64,000 bases of DNA from the NCBI GenBank assembly GCA_963765675.1, contig CAVXXK010000003.1:224001-288000 (forward strand), written 5' to 3'. The translations under genes were made by a program, and so were the position numbers. Source of the stretch: an uncultured delta proteobacterium (lineage in GTDB: Bacteria > Desulfobacterota > Binatia > Binatales > Binataceae). Positions 44,308 to 54,675 of this stretch are shown piece after piece; position 1 is the stretch's first letter, and every line of letters starts with the position of its first letter. The notes under the pieces were generated by a model that was given only the letters and a program-made list of their open reading frames with translations, had not been told where the DNA came from and searched no databases.

Positions 44308-45441
44308 CTATCCCAAGATCGCGTCGATCCGCGCCGCGGTGTCGTCCAGCGTAGCAGGCGTGATGTGCGTATAGGTGTCCAGCGTTGTACCGACACGGCT
44401 ATGCCCGAGCAGCGCCTGAACCTGCTTGGCGCTGGCGCCCGTTCTCAAACAGCACCGTCGCGCCAGTATGGCGAATATCGTGAAACCGCACGATCGGCAG
44501 TCCTGCTTTGGCGAGCGCGGATTGGAACCGATGATACACGTTGCTTGGTTCAAGTGGCGTACCGCGCCGCGACGTGAATACAAGGCCATTTGCGTTTCCT
44601 TGCCAATCGGTACCAGCCGCGAGCCGTTCTTCGATCTGGTGGACGCGCTGGCGCTTGAGCGCGGCGATCGCGCGATCCGGTAGCGTAATCGTGCGGATCG
44701 AGCTTTTGGTTTTCAGCGGCAGAAGCTGCAACCGGCCGCCTACCGCTGTAGCGATTGCCGGACGTGTAGCTCGCGCCCGTCGAGGTTCACATCGTCCCAG
44801 CGCAAGCCGCAAACCTCGCCGCGCCGCATCGCCAACGTAAAGGCCAGCACGTATAGCGAGCCAAGCGCCGCGGTTTCCGTGCTCTTGAGGAACGCCCGCG
44901 CCGCGTCCGATGTCATCGGATGGATCTCCGTCCGTTCCACTCGCGGGCCTTTTGTCATAGCCGCGACGTTGCGGATCAGTAGATTCCAGCCGACGGCCTG
45001 CTTGAGCGCGAGCGCGAGCACCATACGAATATGGCGAACGCTTTGCGGACTCGCGCCAGCCTTGAGCTTGTCATTGAGCAGTAACTGCACAGCGTCCGGC
45101 GTCAGCTTTTCGAGTCGGAATTTCCCAAGGTCCGGAACGATATGAAGCCGCACGACGGACTCGAACTTCTCATACGTGCGCGGACGGATCGAATTGCGGA
45201 CGGTATCGAGCCATCGCGCCATAAATTGCTCGACTGTGGCACCGCGCGCTGGCAGGGCAATTCCGGCGTCGCGTTTGCCGAGCAGCGAGGTTAATTCCGT
45301 CGCCACGTCCTGCCGCGTGCGCCCGTAGATGGTTTTGCGCTGGCGCTTGCCGTCGCGCCAGCCGAGCGACACGATCGCGGACCAACGGCCGTCTTTGCGT
45401 TGCGTGATTGAACCCTCGCCACGTCCGCGGTGTTTTTTCAT
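44308..45441 (-). CDS. int: Tyrosine recombinase/integrase (frameshifts near 44740 and 44435)
   Basis: N-terminal RGRGEGSITQRKDGRW arm-binding domain; catalytic MRRGE, FHDIRH, LGHS, DTYTH spread over three frames. Confidence 0.92.
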
Positions 45442-45469
45442 CGGATTCTCCCTTTGCTTGGTTTTGAGT

Positions 45470-46416
45470 TTGTGGGGCTAGGGCTAGGGCTATCGACTTG
45501 CAGCTTTTTACGATCGCGAGCAGCCCGTGCAGCGTCGCGCGCTGGAACGCCGGCCGCTCGGCAGGTTGAGCAATAGATGCGCCTGCGCGGTTGCGTGTCC
45601 GATGGGTTCGCCTGGCGCCGGCTGGCTCGGAGACGCGAAAAACAGTCGCTCGCAGGCTGAGCATCGCGCGATTGCAGCCGCGCGAACCGTTGCGGCGACG
45701 AGCTCGAGCGCGATCAGGGCAAGGACTGATCCTGTATAGCGATTCGCGCTTAGTTGCGGACGGATGTTTCCGTCTTCGATGCCGACGCGAAAGCGCACGT
45801 CCGCGATGGCGAGCCAGCGATTCAGATTCTCCGCCAGCCGCGCGCGTGGATCCGAAAGATACTGAGCGATCGGATGCTCGGCCGCGTAGCCGTCGATTCC
45901 CTGCCATGTTTCCGCGGCAACCTTACCGCCGCGCTGCATCGTCGCCGCGGCGTCGAGCAGGCGGTTAGCGTTGACGGCGAGGGTCCGCCACTGGGCTACA
46001 GGCTCGGAAAAGAGCATCGGCCGCGTCCCAGCGCTGCGCGGCAGGCAAATCAGCGACGGGCCGGAAGCCGGATGCGGCGCGTCGGGAAACGCTGGTAACA
46101 CGTTGCAGCCCATCGTTTCGATTGGCTGATGGTAGGCGACGAAATTGTGCTGTTCGCAGAGCCACAGCGGCCCGTAGGCGCGCGCGAACTCGAGCACGTC
46201 CTGATTTCCGGGCGCGGGCGTTTCGAGTGCGAGGAAGCGCTCTAGGATTCGCCTGACCTCGATCTTGCGTGTCGTCGCTTTCGGACTCCAAACGATCCGC
46301 TCGCCAGCGAGCCTTAGCGTTTCAGGCGCCGATACGGTCGAGCCATCGATCGGGCCGCCAAGGCCGGCGCCCGTGTACAGGCTGGCGATCCGCAAAATTC
46401 CGGCTGGTTGCGTCAT
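45470..46416 (-). CDS. CGNR/ABATE-like Zn-finger protein (C-terminal frameshift; 3' end approximate)
   Basis: FARAYGPLWLC, RCSACERLFF; an alternative frame continues RRIYCSTCRAAG...RAARDRKK. Confidence 0.6.
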
Positions 46417-46563
46417 ACGAAAGTAATATGACTATTCCAAGCGCGTATGTCAAGCGGGCATACTTCGGGACGCACGGCGGCGGACGTTCTGCCGTCGAAA
46501 CGGAAACCAGTATGGCACGCGCGGACTGTGAAACATTCCGAGGCGATAAGGAGATGCACCTAT

Positions 46564-46755
46564 ATGGTTACGACGATTGATCCCAAAGCCGAGTTGCTGC
46601 GGCCCGCGAAATTCGCGCGTTTGATCGATGTATCGCGCTCAAAAGTTTACGAAATGTTGTCCGCCGGCGAGCTGCGCGGCGTGACGATCGGCGGCGTCCT
46701 GCGGATCCCGGTCGAGGAAGTCGAGCGGCTCAAGGCGCGCCCGGCGTCGGAGTAA
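46564..46755 (+). CDS. Excisionase/AlpA-like helix-turn-helix protein
   Basis: LLRPAKFARLIDVSRSKVYEMLSAGELRGVTIGGVLRIPVEEVERL; divergent from int. Confidence 0.85.
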   Translation: MVTTIDPKAELLRPAKFARLIDVSRSKVYEMLSAGELRGVTIGGVLRIPVEEVERLKARPASE

Positions 46756-46759
46756 GAGG

Positions 46760-48643
46760 GTGAGCGAACCGGACAGCCTTTCGCGCCGCGATGGCATGTA
46801 CGTCGCTATCGACGGCCGCATTTTCTCGATCAAGCGCACCGATGCGGGCGAAGAACAGTTAATCCCGTTGTGCAATTTCGACGCGCAAATCATCAGCGAC
46901 GTTTCTTGCGACGACGGCGCGGAAAAGTCGCGCGCATACGAGATTGAAGCAAACCTGAACGGGCGCACCGCGCGGTTTCGGGTCCCCGCGTCGAAGTTTG
47001 GATCGCTCGCCTGGATCGCGGAGCACGTCGGGCGCCGCGGCGTATGTCACCGCGGCGCAAGGCAGTGAGCGCAAGTTGCGCGAAGCGATCACGCGCCTGA
47101 GCGGCACAATCGCAGGGCGGACGGTTTATGCGCACACCGGCTGGACGCGCCGCGATGATGATTGGATCTTCCTTCACGCGGACGGCGCGATTGGCGCGGA
47201 TGGCGTGGTGCCTCAGATCGAAGTTGAGCTCCCGAGCGCGCTCGCGAATTTCAAACTACCTGCGCCAGCGGACGGCGAGGCTTTGCATGAAACGATCGCG
47301 GCCGCGATTGGGCTGCTTGAGCTCGCGCCTGATCGGATAACGGTACCGCTCTTCTGCGCGGCGTGGCGCGCGTCGCTCGGCCCGGTGGATTTCGCGCTCG
47401 CTCTGACGGGCAGGACGGGGAATTTCAAGACTGAGATGGCCGCACTCGCGATGCAGCACTATGGCGCGGGCTTCGATGCCCGTCACTTGCCCGCGAGCTG
47501 GTCGAGCACCGCGAATTTTCTGCGCTCGCTCGCGTTCGTTGCGAAAGATGCGCCGATCGTCGTCGATGATTTCGTGCCGACGGGAACGCGAGTTGATATC
47601 GCGCGACAGCACAAAGACGCTGCGGCGTTGCTTCGCGATTGCGGTAACGCAGCAGGGCGCGGGCGTTTAGCGTCGGACGCTTTCGATGCGCGCGATCAAG
47701 ATGCCGCGCGGACTCGTGATTTCAACCGGCGAAGAAAATTTTCGTGGTGAATCGCTACAAGGGCGATTGCTCACAATCGAAGTCACGAAGGGCGACGTTG
47801 CGGACCTGGACAAGCTGACAGATGCGCAGGATCGCGCCGCAACCGGACTGTACGTATGGGCGACGGCTGCTTACTTGCGATGGCTCGCGCCGCGGCTGGT
47901 GGATGTTCGCGCCGAACTCAAGAGCGCAATGCCTGATTTGCGCGCCAAGGCTCACAGCGCGGGAGATCATGGGCGCACGCCGGGAATTGTCGCGGACCTA
48001 TATTTCGCTGCGCAGGTATTTTTTCGATTCGCTGTCGAATGCGGCCGCGGTTCCGCAGTACCTAGCAGACACTTTTCTCGATCGAATTTGGAACGGACTG
48101 ATCGAGGCTTCAGTCGAGCACGGGAAGCACCTCCGCGACACAGAACCATGCGCGCGATTTCTGACATTGCTCCGCGCGGCGCTCGCGTCCGGCGCTGCGC
48201 ACCTGGCTGGGGTTGACGGCACGATCCCCGCCGATGCGATGGCGTGCGGGTGGCGTCTCGAGGAATTTCGCGCGCGCGAGCGCGGCGACGATCTTCGCTT
48301 GACCGGCCGTCTCCAGCCGCTTGGCGCGTGTGTCGGTTGGATCGATAACGACGAGCTTTTTCTGAACTGCGATGCCGCGCTCAAGGCAGCGAACAGCGTT
48401 GCGACGGATGGTACTCACCTAAGTATCCCCGGCGCGGTGCTGCGCAAACGACTGAAAGAAAAACGATTGCTCGCCAGCACCGGCGAAGATCGCGGCCGAT
48501 CGACAATCACTATTCTGAAAAGCATCGCCGGTGTGCGGATCGAAGTATTGCATTTCAGGCGCGAAACCATACTCCCCAGCGACGAAAAAACTTTACAGCC
48601 ACGCGAGGAAGCTAATGATCAGCGAAGCATCGCAAATTCTTGA
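46760..48643 (+). CDS. DUF927/Cch-like replicative ATPase-helicase (about three frameshifts)
   Basis: LCNFDAQI, VYAHTGW...FLHADGAIG, Walker A GRTGNFKT, Walker B IVVDDF, ISTGEE, SLQGR across four adjacent ORFs. Confidence 0.72.
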
Positions 48644-49056
48644 AACGATCCGCGCGCTCGGCGCGGATATCGTCGTCGATCTCAAAGTGCGGCCCGCGTT
48701 GCGCGTACCCGATGATCTGATCCATCGCGCAGCGGCGCACGCGGACGAAATCCGCGCCCTGCTTGCCGAACTCGCGGCGCCCGCAGCGGCCGTGCTGGCG
48801 CTGTGGTGCGGATCCAGAACCGCCGTCCATTGACGAGCAATTGGAAACACTGTTTTACGAACATAAGAAACGACCGGAGATTTTCCATCTGCGCGAAAGC
48901 GAAATCGCGCGGCTGAAAAGTCTGCTACAGCCCTGCGACTTAATAGCGATCACGGCGAATTTTCATCGCGTCAGCGATCCGATGTACGGCGGCATCGCGG
49001 TTCTGCGCGAAGGGAAAATCGTCGTGATCGATCGTCGCGAGTTGGCGGACGGATAA
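48615..49056 (+). CDS. Small satellite protein, probably one gene split by a frameshift
   Basis: MISEASQILETIRALGADIVV...EIRALL, then CWRC...; overlaps the helicase end. Confidence 0.45.
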
Positions 49057-49726
49057 CAAGGAAAGAAAACCGCCGGAGCGCGCTAACGCTACGGCGGCTG
49101 AGAGGAAAGGCAATGGATGTTCAAACCCTAACACACTCGCCGCGTGCCCATGCGGACGAACTCACGATCACAGATTTCGAGCTTCCGGCGCTCGCGGCGG
49201 CGGATCGGATCGAACAATACTTAGCAGAGAACTCGCTGTCGCAGTTGACGTTTCCAGCAAAGTTTATCGATTAGCGCATTGCAGTACGCAATCGAGAAAA
49301 ACAACTGGTATGCGAAATCTGGTCGCGAAATTCTGGCGACGCTTTTGAGTCGCGGGCGGTTTGACTGTGTGCAATGCCGACCAGCGCTGCGATGTCCATC
49401 GCTGATCTGATCGAATCAGAATACTCGATTGACGCGCCCGTCGGTTGCGATAATCAGTCGTACTCGCGACGATCTTCGACGCTTCGCGCACGCGACGCGA
49501 TTGGAAAGACGCGAGAACCCGATGCTCGGCGGGATTTCTGAGCATTTGGGGCTTACGCAAAGGCAAATTCTCGCGCAGATCAATCAGGCCGTCGCCGCTG
49601 AAGCTGTCGTGCTTTTCCGACGGATCGGAATCGCGAAGCGATGAAGGCGCCGAGCGAGCGGCGCTTGATCGCCGCAAGGCCCGGTACGAGCACAACGGGA
49701 TCGAGTTTCACGAAATCTACGTCCGG

Positions 49727-50992
49727 TTGCTTTTGCGATTTCCAGCGGCCGATGACGCTGTCGCGAAGCTGATCGCCGGCGCGGAAGCGTTTTTCGGCAA
49801 CCCCGAGACTCTGCTGCTACTCTCGCTGCTTCACCCGTCCGATAGCGGCGCGCTCGTCAACCAGCGCGGACGGTTCCTCGAGTCGAAGGCACTAGACTAT
49901 GTTTTGGAAATTCTTTCGCGTCACCTCAGTTGCGCCGAATTTTTTCACGCCCCGGTCGATCCTGGAGAGCGCAGCGAATTCGATACCGACGCTGACGTAT
50001 TTATCGCGCGCATCGATCGCGCGCTTGAGCAGGTGGGCGTCGAACAGATTCTTGATTGTGACGATCGCATCACATGGTGGCGAGAAGCGCCGTTACGCCG
50101 GCGATCGGGGATAGTCAGGAGCGCGACGCAAGTCGATAGGACTAGGCCCGCAAACTCCCAGCGCAGCCGCGCGGATATCGAAGAGATCCGCAACGCAATC
50201 TATGTTTTCGCGGAAGCAAATCGCCCGGTCACGGTCCGGCAGACATTCTACCATCTGATCGCGCTTTGGCTCATCGCGAAAGACGAGGCCGCGTATAAAA
50301 CCACCGTCTGCCGGCTAATGCTTGAGATGCGCCGGAGTGGCGAGCTGCCTTACGCCTGGGTCGCTGATAACACCCGCTGGATCAGAAAACCCGAGACGTT
50401 CGACTCCGTTGCCGACGCGCTTGCTGAGACCGCACGCCTATACCGTCGCGCTGTTTGGCGCGACCTGCCGGTTAATCTCGAAATTTGGGTCGAGAAGGAC
50501 AGCCTCGCCGGCGTCATCGCGGAAGAAACCGATCCCTACGACGTTCCGCTCATGGTCGCGCGGGGTTTTTCGAGCGATAGCTATTTGTGGCAAGTGTCCG
50601 AACAGATTCAGGCATCAACCAAGGCAACGCATATTTTCTACTTCGGAGACTGGGATCCGGCTGGAACGCGCGCAGATATCGGGCTCGAAGCGAAGCTACG
50701 CGGATTCTGCCCGATGTCCGATATTCACTTTGAGCGCGTCGCGCTGACGCCCGAACGGATCGAGGAATTCCATTTACCCACTCGGCCAACGAAAGGCCAG
50801 CATATGAATCGTGCGTTCAGGGGCGAATCCGTTGACCTGGATGCGCTCCCGCCTGCGGAGCTGCGCCGCCTCGTGCGAGACGTAATTGAACGCCATATTC
50901 CGGCCGGCCACATGGCCGCGATTGAAGCGGCCGAGCGGTCGGAGAAAGAAATTTTCACCAAGATTTGTGGGGTATCGGAAGCGCACAGATAA
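49727..50992 (+). CDS. Spo11/TopoVI-A-like TOPRIM protein
   Basis: PVTVRQTFYHL winged-helix-like motif, IWVEKD, ARGFSS, YFGDWDPAG, DLDAL; start uncertain. Confidence 0.72.
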   Translation: MLLRFPAADDAVAKLIAGAEAFFGNPETLLLLSLLHPSDSGALVNQRGRFLESKALDYVLEILSRHLSCAEFFHAPVDPGERSEFDTDADVFIARIDRALEQVGVEQILDCDDRITWWREAPLRRRSGIVRSATQVDRTRPANSQRSRADIEEIRNAIYVFAEANRPVTVRQTFYHLIALWLIAKDEAAYKTTVCRLMLEMRRSGELPYAWVADNTRWIRKPETFDSVADALAETARLYRRAVWRDLPVNLEIWVEKDSLAGVIAEETDPYDVPLMVARGFSSDSYLWQVSEQIQASTKATHIFYFGDWDPAGTRADIGLEAKLRGFCPMSDIHFERVALTPERIEEFHLPTRPTKGQHMNRAFRGESVDLDALPPAELRRLVRDVIERHIPAGHMAAIEAAERSEKEIFTKICGVSEAHR

Positions 50993-51082
50993 CGGCCAAG
51001 CGGGCATCAAATTGAAACGAAAAACGCTGATTATGGCTAGCGGGAGTTGTGTCACATTCTCGCGCGAAACGAGGAAAACGAA

Positions 51083-51799
51083 ATGGAAATCGAGACTGAA
51101 ACCAAGGAAATTGAATCATTGATTGACGGCGCCAAGGCCACCGTTGGTGGCGCGTGCATAGATCCGCGTCCGCGCCCGATGGCGGTGCTGGACAAAATCT
51201 GCGAACCGCTTCGACATGTGCCGGCGGATATCGCGCCGCGCCTGTACAAGGACGCGAAGATTCAAATGTTAGCAGAACGCATCCGCGATCTGATCGAACG
51301 TGGCGATTATGCAGCTATCGACTTAGCACTTAATGAAGGCCGGGCAAACGTGGCGAATGTGCTCGCATTCGAGCGGCGCGAAGGTTCCTTAAAGCCACCC
51401 AGCACCGCCGATGAGATAAAGAATCACGCGAACGCGTTTTTCGAGAACCGCTGGAACGGCAACGAAACCGGCGGCTGGCAGAAGATGCCGACTGTTCAGG
51501 AAAAGATTCAGGCCGGCCGCCACATTCGCAAGGTAACGCTTCGCTCAGTCGAGCTCGACGATGGCAGTATAGTCAGTCGTGCGGATGTTCACCGCTATGT
51601 ACTGTCGCAGCGTCCGAAATTCGGGGACACGATTTCAGATGATAAGTATCTGACGAAGTTTTTTGCGCCCGAGCGCGTTTTGATCGCAATTGAAAACGCG
51701 CGCGCAATACAAGAACAGGAACAGATCAGGAAACGGACTACCTACCAGTCAGGTCCCACATCACTCATTTCGACCCCGATTCCCGTGGAGCAGAGGTAA
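51083..51799 (+). CDS. Hypothetical protein
   Basis: GAGG RBS, 238 aa, co-oriented with neighbours; no motif recognised. Confidence 0.6.
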   Translation: MEIETETKEIESLIDGAKATVGGACIDPRPRPMAVLDKICEPLRHVPADIAPRLYKDAKIQMLAERIRDLIERGDYAAIDLALNEGRANVANVLAFERREGSLKPPSTADEIKNHANAFFENRWNGNETGGWQKMPTVQEKIQAGRHIRKVTLRSVELDDGSIVSRADVHRYVLSQRPKFGDTISDDKYLTKFFAPERVLIAIENARAIQEQEQIRKRTTYQSGPTSLISTPIPVEQR

Positions 51800-51803
51800 T
51801 TAA

Positions 51804-52214
51804 ATGACTATTCAAAATGTTTTTGTTGGCGCTCGCGACGGACTCAGCATCGCGATTTTTGATTCTGTCGGCCGAATGACGCGAAACGCGCGACTGGCAT
51901 CGAGTCGGCAAAGCATGGCGTCCTGCGTCCCCTCGCTACGGGAGATGAAGATCGGGCAAATGTGCGGGCTCACGTTCGCGCAGATCATGACCGCGAAGAA
52001 GCGCCGCGGCGGATTTCTTCAGCCGCAGGATGACTCCAAAACCGCGCTGAAAGTGCGATTCCCAGCGCCGGCCGATGCGCCCGACGACGACGATGATCCC
52101 GATGACGAGCCCGTGAACCTGGCCGCGAAGCCGATAATGCGCGTCAGATTTCCGAAAACTATCGTCGAACATCGGCCGGACGGTTTACTTCGCCGGCGCG
52201 AGGCTGACCTTTAG
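51804..52214 (+). CDS. Hypothetical protein with acidic tract
   Basis: 4 bp after the previous stop; DAPDDDDDPDDE flanked by two VRFP motifs. Confidence 0.5.
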   Translation: MTIQNVFVGARDGLSIAIFDSVGRMTRNARLASSRQSMASCVPSLREMKIGQMCGLTFAQIMTAKKRRGGFLQPQDDSKTALKVRFPAPADAPDDDDDPDDEPVNLAAKPIMRVRFPKTIVEHRPDGLLRRREADL

Positions 52215-52314
52215 TGATTATTGATATTGTCGGGGCAAGCGGTTGTAGAGAGCCGCGACCGGGCGTTCATCCTCGTGCGCGCCTGGTCAGCCCCGGCAAC
52301 CCTTTGAATGAGGT

Positions 52315-52692
52315 ATGATTTTGACTGAGAATCAAATAGCTACTTCGCCGCCGCGCGTCGTGACTCGCAAGAGGGACCAACAGGTGCGTCGGTTCGTCCG
52401 GCGCATACGCACGCTGGCGCCGCACCTCGATAACCCGATCTTTGCTCCGCAGCTTACCGGGTTCGCGCAGACTTCGCTCATGCTCGCGCAATCCTACTCG
52501 TTCGTCCGGGATCGTGGCGTAGTCGGCGAAGATGGCGAGCTACGCGCAAGTGTAGATGCGGTCCGGCGGCTGGCGGAAACGCAAGCGAGACTTGCGAAGG
52601 AACTCGGACTCACCCCGGCGACGCTACAAGCGATGGCGAAGGGCAAGCCGATCGATCTCGCCGCGCGCTTCGCTGATATTTCCGATGGCTGA
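52315..52692 (+). CDS. Terminase small subunit (P27-like)
   Basis: VRDRGVV...AKELGLTPAT motif; overlaps the terL start; GAGGT RBS. Confidence 0.75.
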   Translation: MILTENQIATSPPRVVTRKRDQQVRRFVRRIRTLAPHLDNPIFAPQLTGFAQTSLMLAQSYSFVRDRGVVGEDGELRASVDAVRRLAETQARLAKELGLTPATLQAMAKGKPIDLAARFADISDG

Positions 52693-54241
52693 TCGGCTTG
52701 AACTCTGGAAAAGAGATCCCGTTGCCTTCATCGAAGGCGGGCTGATCAACCCAGAGACAGGCCGGGCTTTTGAGCTCTACCCCGCCGAAATAGAATTTGT
52801 CCGACGTACATTCACCCTCACATCCGATGGGTGCCTTCCCTTCCCTGAAATGATTTACAGCGCGCCGAAGAAGTCCGGGAAGACCGGACTCGCGGCGATG
52901 CTCGCAATCTATGTCGCCGTCGTGATCGGCGGCCGATTCAGCGAAGTTTACTGCCTGAGCAACGGCTACGAACAATCAGAAGGACGCGTCTTCGAGGCGG
53001 CAAGGCGTATCATCGAAGCGTCGCCGCTGCTCAAGGCGAGCGCGAAGATCACGGCGGACCGAATCGAGTTTGTCAGTACCGGATGGTTCATTCAAGCATG
53101 TGCGAGTGACTATTCGGGCTTTGCTGGCGCGAACCCGTCCCTATGTATCTTCGATGAGCTTTGGGCTTACGTGTCGGAGCGAGCGCAACGGCTTTGGGAT
53201 GAAGCCGTTCCGAGCCCGACAAAGAGGGTATCCGGACGCCTGACGGTCAGCTATGCAGGTTTCGAGAGCGAATCGGAGCTCCTCGAGGGGCTGTACAAGC
53301 GCGGCCTGCAGGGCGAGGAAATCGCGCCGGCGCTTTATCGCCAAACCGGACTCTTGATGTTCTGGTCGCATGTTCCCGTCGCGCCCTGGCAGACGCCTGA
53401 ATGGCTATCTCAGATGCGGGTGCAGCTACGGCCGAATGCATACTTGCGCCTGATCGAAAATCGGTGGGTAACGAGCGAATCCAGTTTCGTGGATATGGAA
53501 TGGTTCGATGCGTGCGTCGATCACGACGCCCGTCCCGAACTTGCGGATCCGCGGCTCTCTGTGTGGTGCGGCGTTGATGCCAGCGTGAAGCGCGACTCGA
53601 CGGCAATCGTCGCATGTACGTACACCGCGAAAAAGGTTCGCCTGGTGTGGCACAAGATTTTTCAGCCGAGCGCGATCGAGCCGCTCGATTTCGAGGCGAC
53701 GATCGAGAGCACACTGATGGATCTCCGCCGGCGTTTCTATGTTCGCGAAGTGAGATATGACCCCTACCAGATGGTCGCTTCCGCGCAGCGCCTGACGGCC
53801 GCGGGGTTGCCCATGGTGGAGTTTCCGCAGAGCGTGCCGAATCTGACCGAAGCCTCAACCAATTTGTACCAAATCGTCAAGGGGCAAAATCTCACTTGCT
53901 ATCTTGACGCTGATATCCGACTAGCCATATCGCGAGCCGTCGCGATTGAGACTTCGCGCGGCTGGCGTATCTCCAAAGAAAAACAGAGCCATAAGATCGA
54001 TGTCATCGTCGCGCTCGCGCAAGCCGCACTCGGCGCCGTGCGAGGCCAGCACGCGCCTACCACCGAAAGCGATCGCAACTTCATGCGGCAGGCGGCCGCT
54101 ACGCTGCGCTTCGGCGGGGACGCGAAGCGCGGACGCGGCACTGTCGAAGCCATGGACGCGGCCGATGACGCTCGCGAGGCCGCGAATAGGCAGTCGCGAC
54201 GGCTCAACCGGTTCGTATTGACCGATCGGAAGACGTTTTGA
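52685..54241 (+). CDS. terL: Terminase large subunit
   Basis: LYPAE, Walker A APKKSGKT, Walker B CIFDELW, nuclease GVDASVKRDSTA, YDPYQ, KIDVIVALAQA; intact frame. Confidence 0.9.
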   Translation: MADRLELWKRDPVAFIEGGLINPETGRAFELYPAEIEFVRRTFTLTSDGCLPFPEMIYSAPKKSGKTGLAAMLAIYVAVVIGGRFSEVYCLSNGYEQSEGRVFEAARRIIEASPLLKASAKITADRIEFVSTGWFIQACASDYSGFAGANPSLCIFDELWAYVSERAQRLWDEAVPSPTKRVSGRLTVSYAGFESESELLEGLYKRGLQGEEIAPALYRQTGLLMFWSHVPVAPWQTPEWLSQMRVQLRPNAYLRLIENRWVTSESSFVDMEWFDACVDHDARPELADPRLSVWCGVDASVKRDSTAIVACTYTAKKVRLVWHKIFQPSAIEPLDFEATIESTLMDLRRRFYVREVRYDPYQMVASAQRLTAAGLPMVEFPQSVPNLTEASTNLYQIVKGQNLTCYLDADIRLAISRAVAIETSRGWRISKEKQSHKIDVIVALAQAALGAVRGQHAPTTESDRNFMRQAAATLRFGGDAKRGRGTVEAMDAADDAREAANRQSRRLNRFVLTDRKTF

Positions 54242-54426
54242 TGGCCTACAAGAAAAAACCGCCGCCGGGATCGCGGAGGCTGCGCAGAATCGCGTGCCCG
54301 GTTTGCCTCGCTGTGCGGCTCGATTCCGATTTTATCTGCGAAATTGAAATGTGCCCGCAGACGCAAGTGCCTATTGTCGCGACTCGCGCGCAATGGGAAG
54401 GGCGCGAGCCGGAGCACGCTAAGTGA
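54241..54426 (+). CDS. Small Cys-rich (Zn-finger-like) protein
   Basis: CPVC...CEIEMC; coupled to terL (TGATG) and to the next gene (GTGA). Confidence 0.5.
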   Translation: MAYKKKPPPGSRRLRRIACPVCLAVRLDSDFICEIEMCPQTQVPIVATRAQWEGREPEHAK

Positions 54427-54662
54427 CTACTCTCGAAATTGGAAATCTGCCCCTCACGATGACGGATTCGATGCTGTTGCAGATGTTCAGCCCGTTCGGC
54501 GCAACGACGGCGAGCATACAGATTTCGGCCAACGGGCATCCACCGCGTGCATGTGGGCTTGTCACTGTGCCAGATATTTTCCAAGCGCTCACAGCAGTCG
54601 CGACGCTCAGCAGAGCGCGAACTGCCGGTCAGGGGCCGCTGAGTGTGAGTATTAAAAATTAA
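54423..54662 (+). CDS. Degenerate RRM-fold protein (RRM-1)
   Basis: RNP2-like LEIGNL, LLQMFSPFG, RNP1-like RACGLVTV, final strand PLSVSI. Confidence 0.7.
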   Translation: MTTLEIGNLPLTMTDSMLLQMFSPFGATTASIQISANGHPPRACGLVTVPDIFQALTAVATLSRARTAGQGPLSVSIKN

Positions 54663-54675
54663 GGAAGGAAGTGAA

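Noticed and set aside
49727-50992. Wadjet (JetABCD) defence system
   Set aside because: Only a TOPRIM protein is present; no SMC-like JetC or JetA/B.
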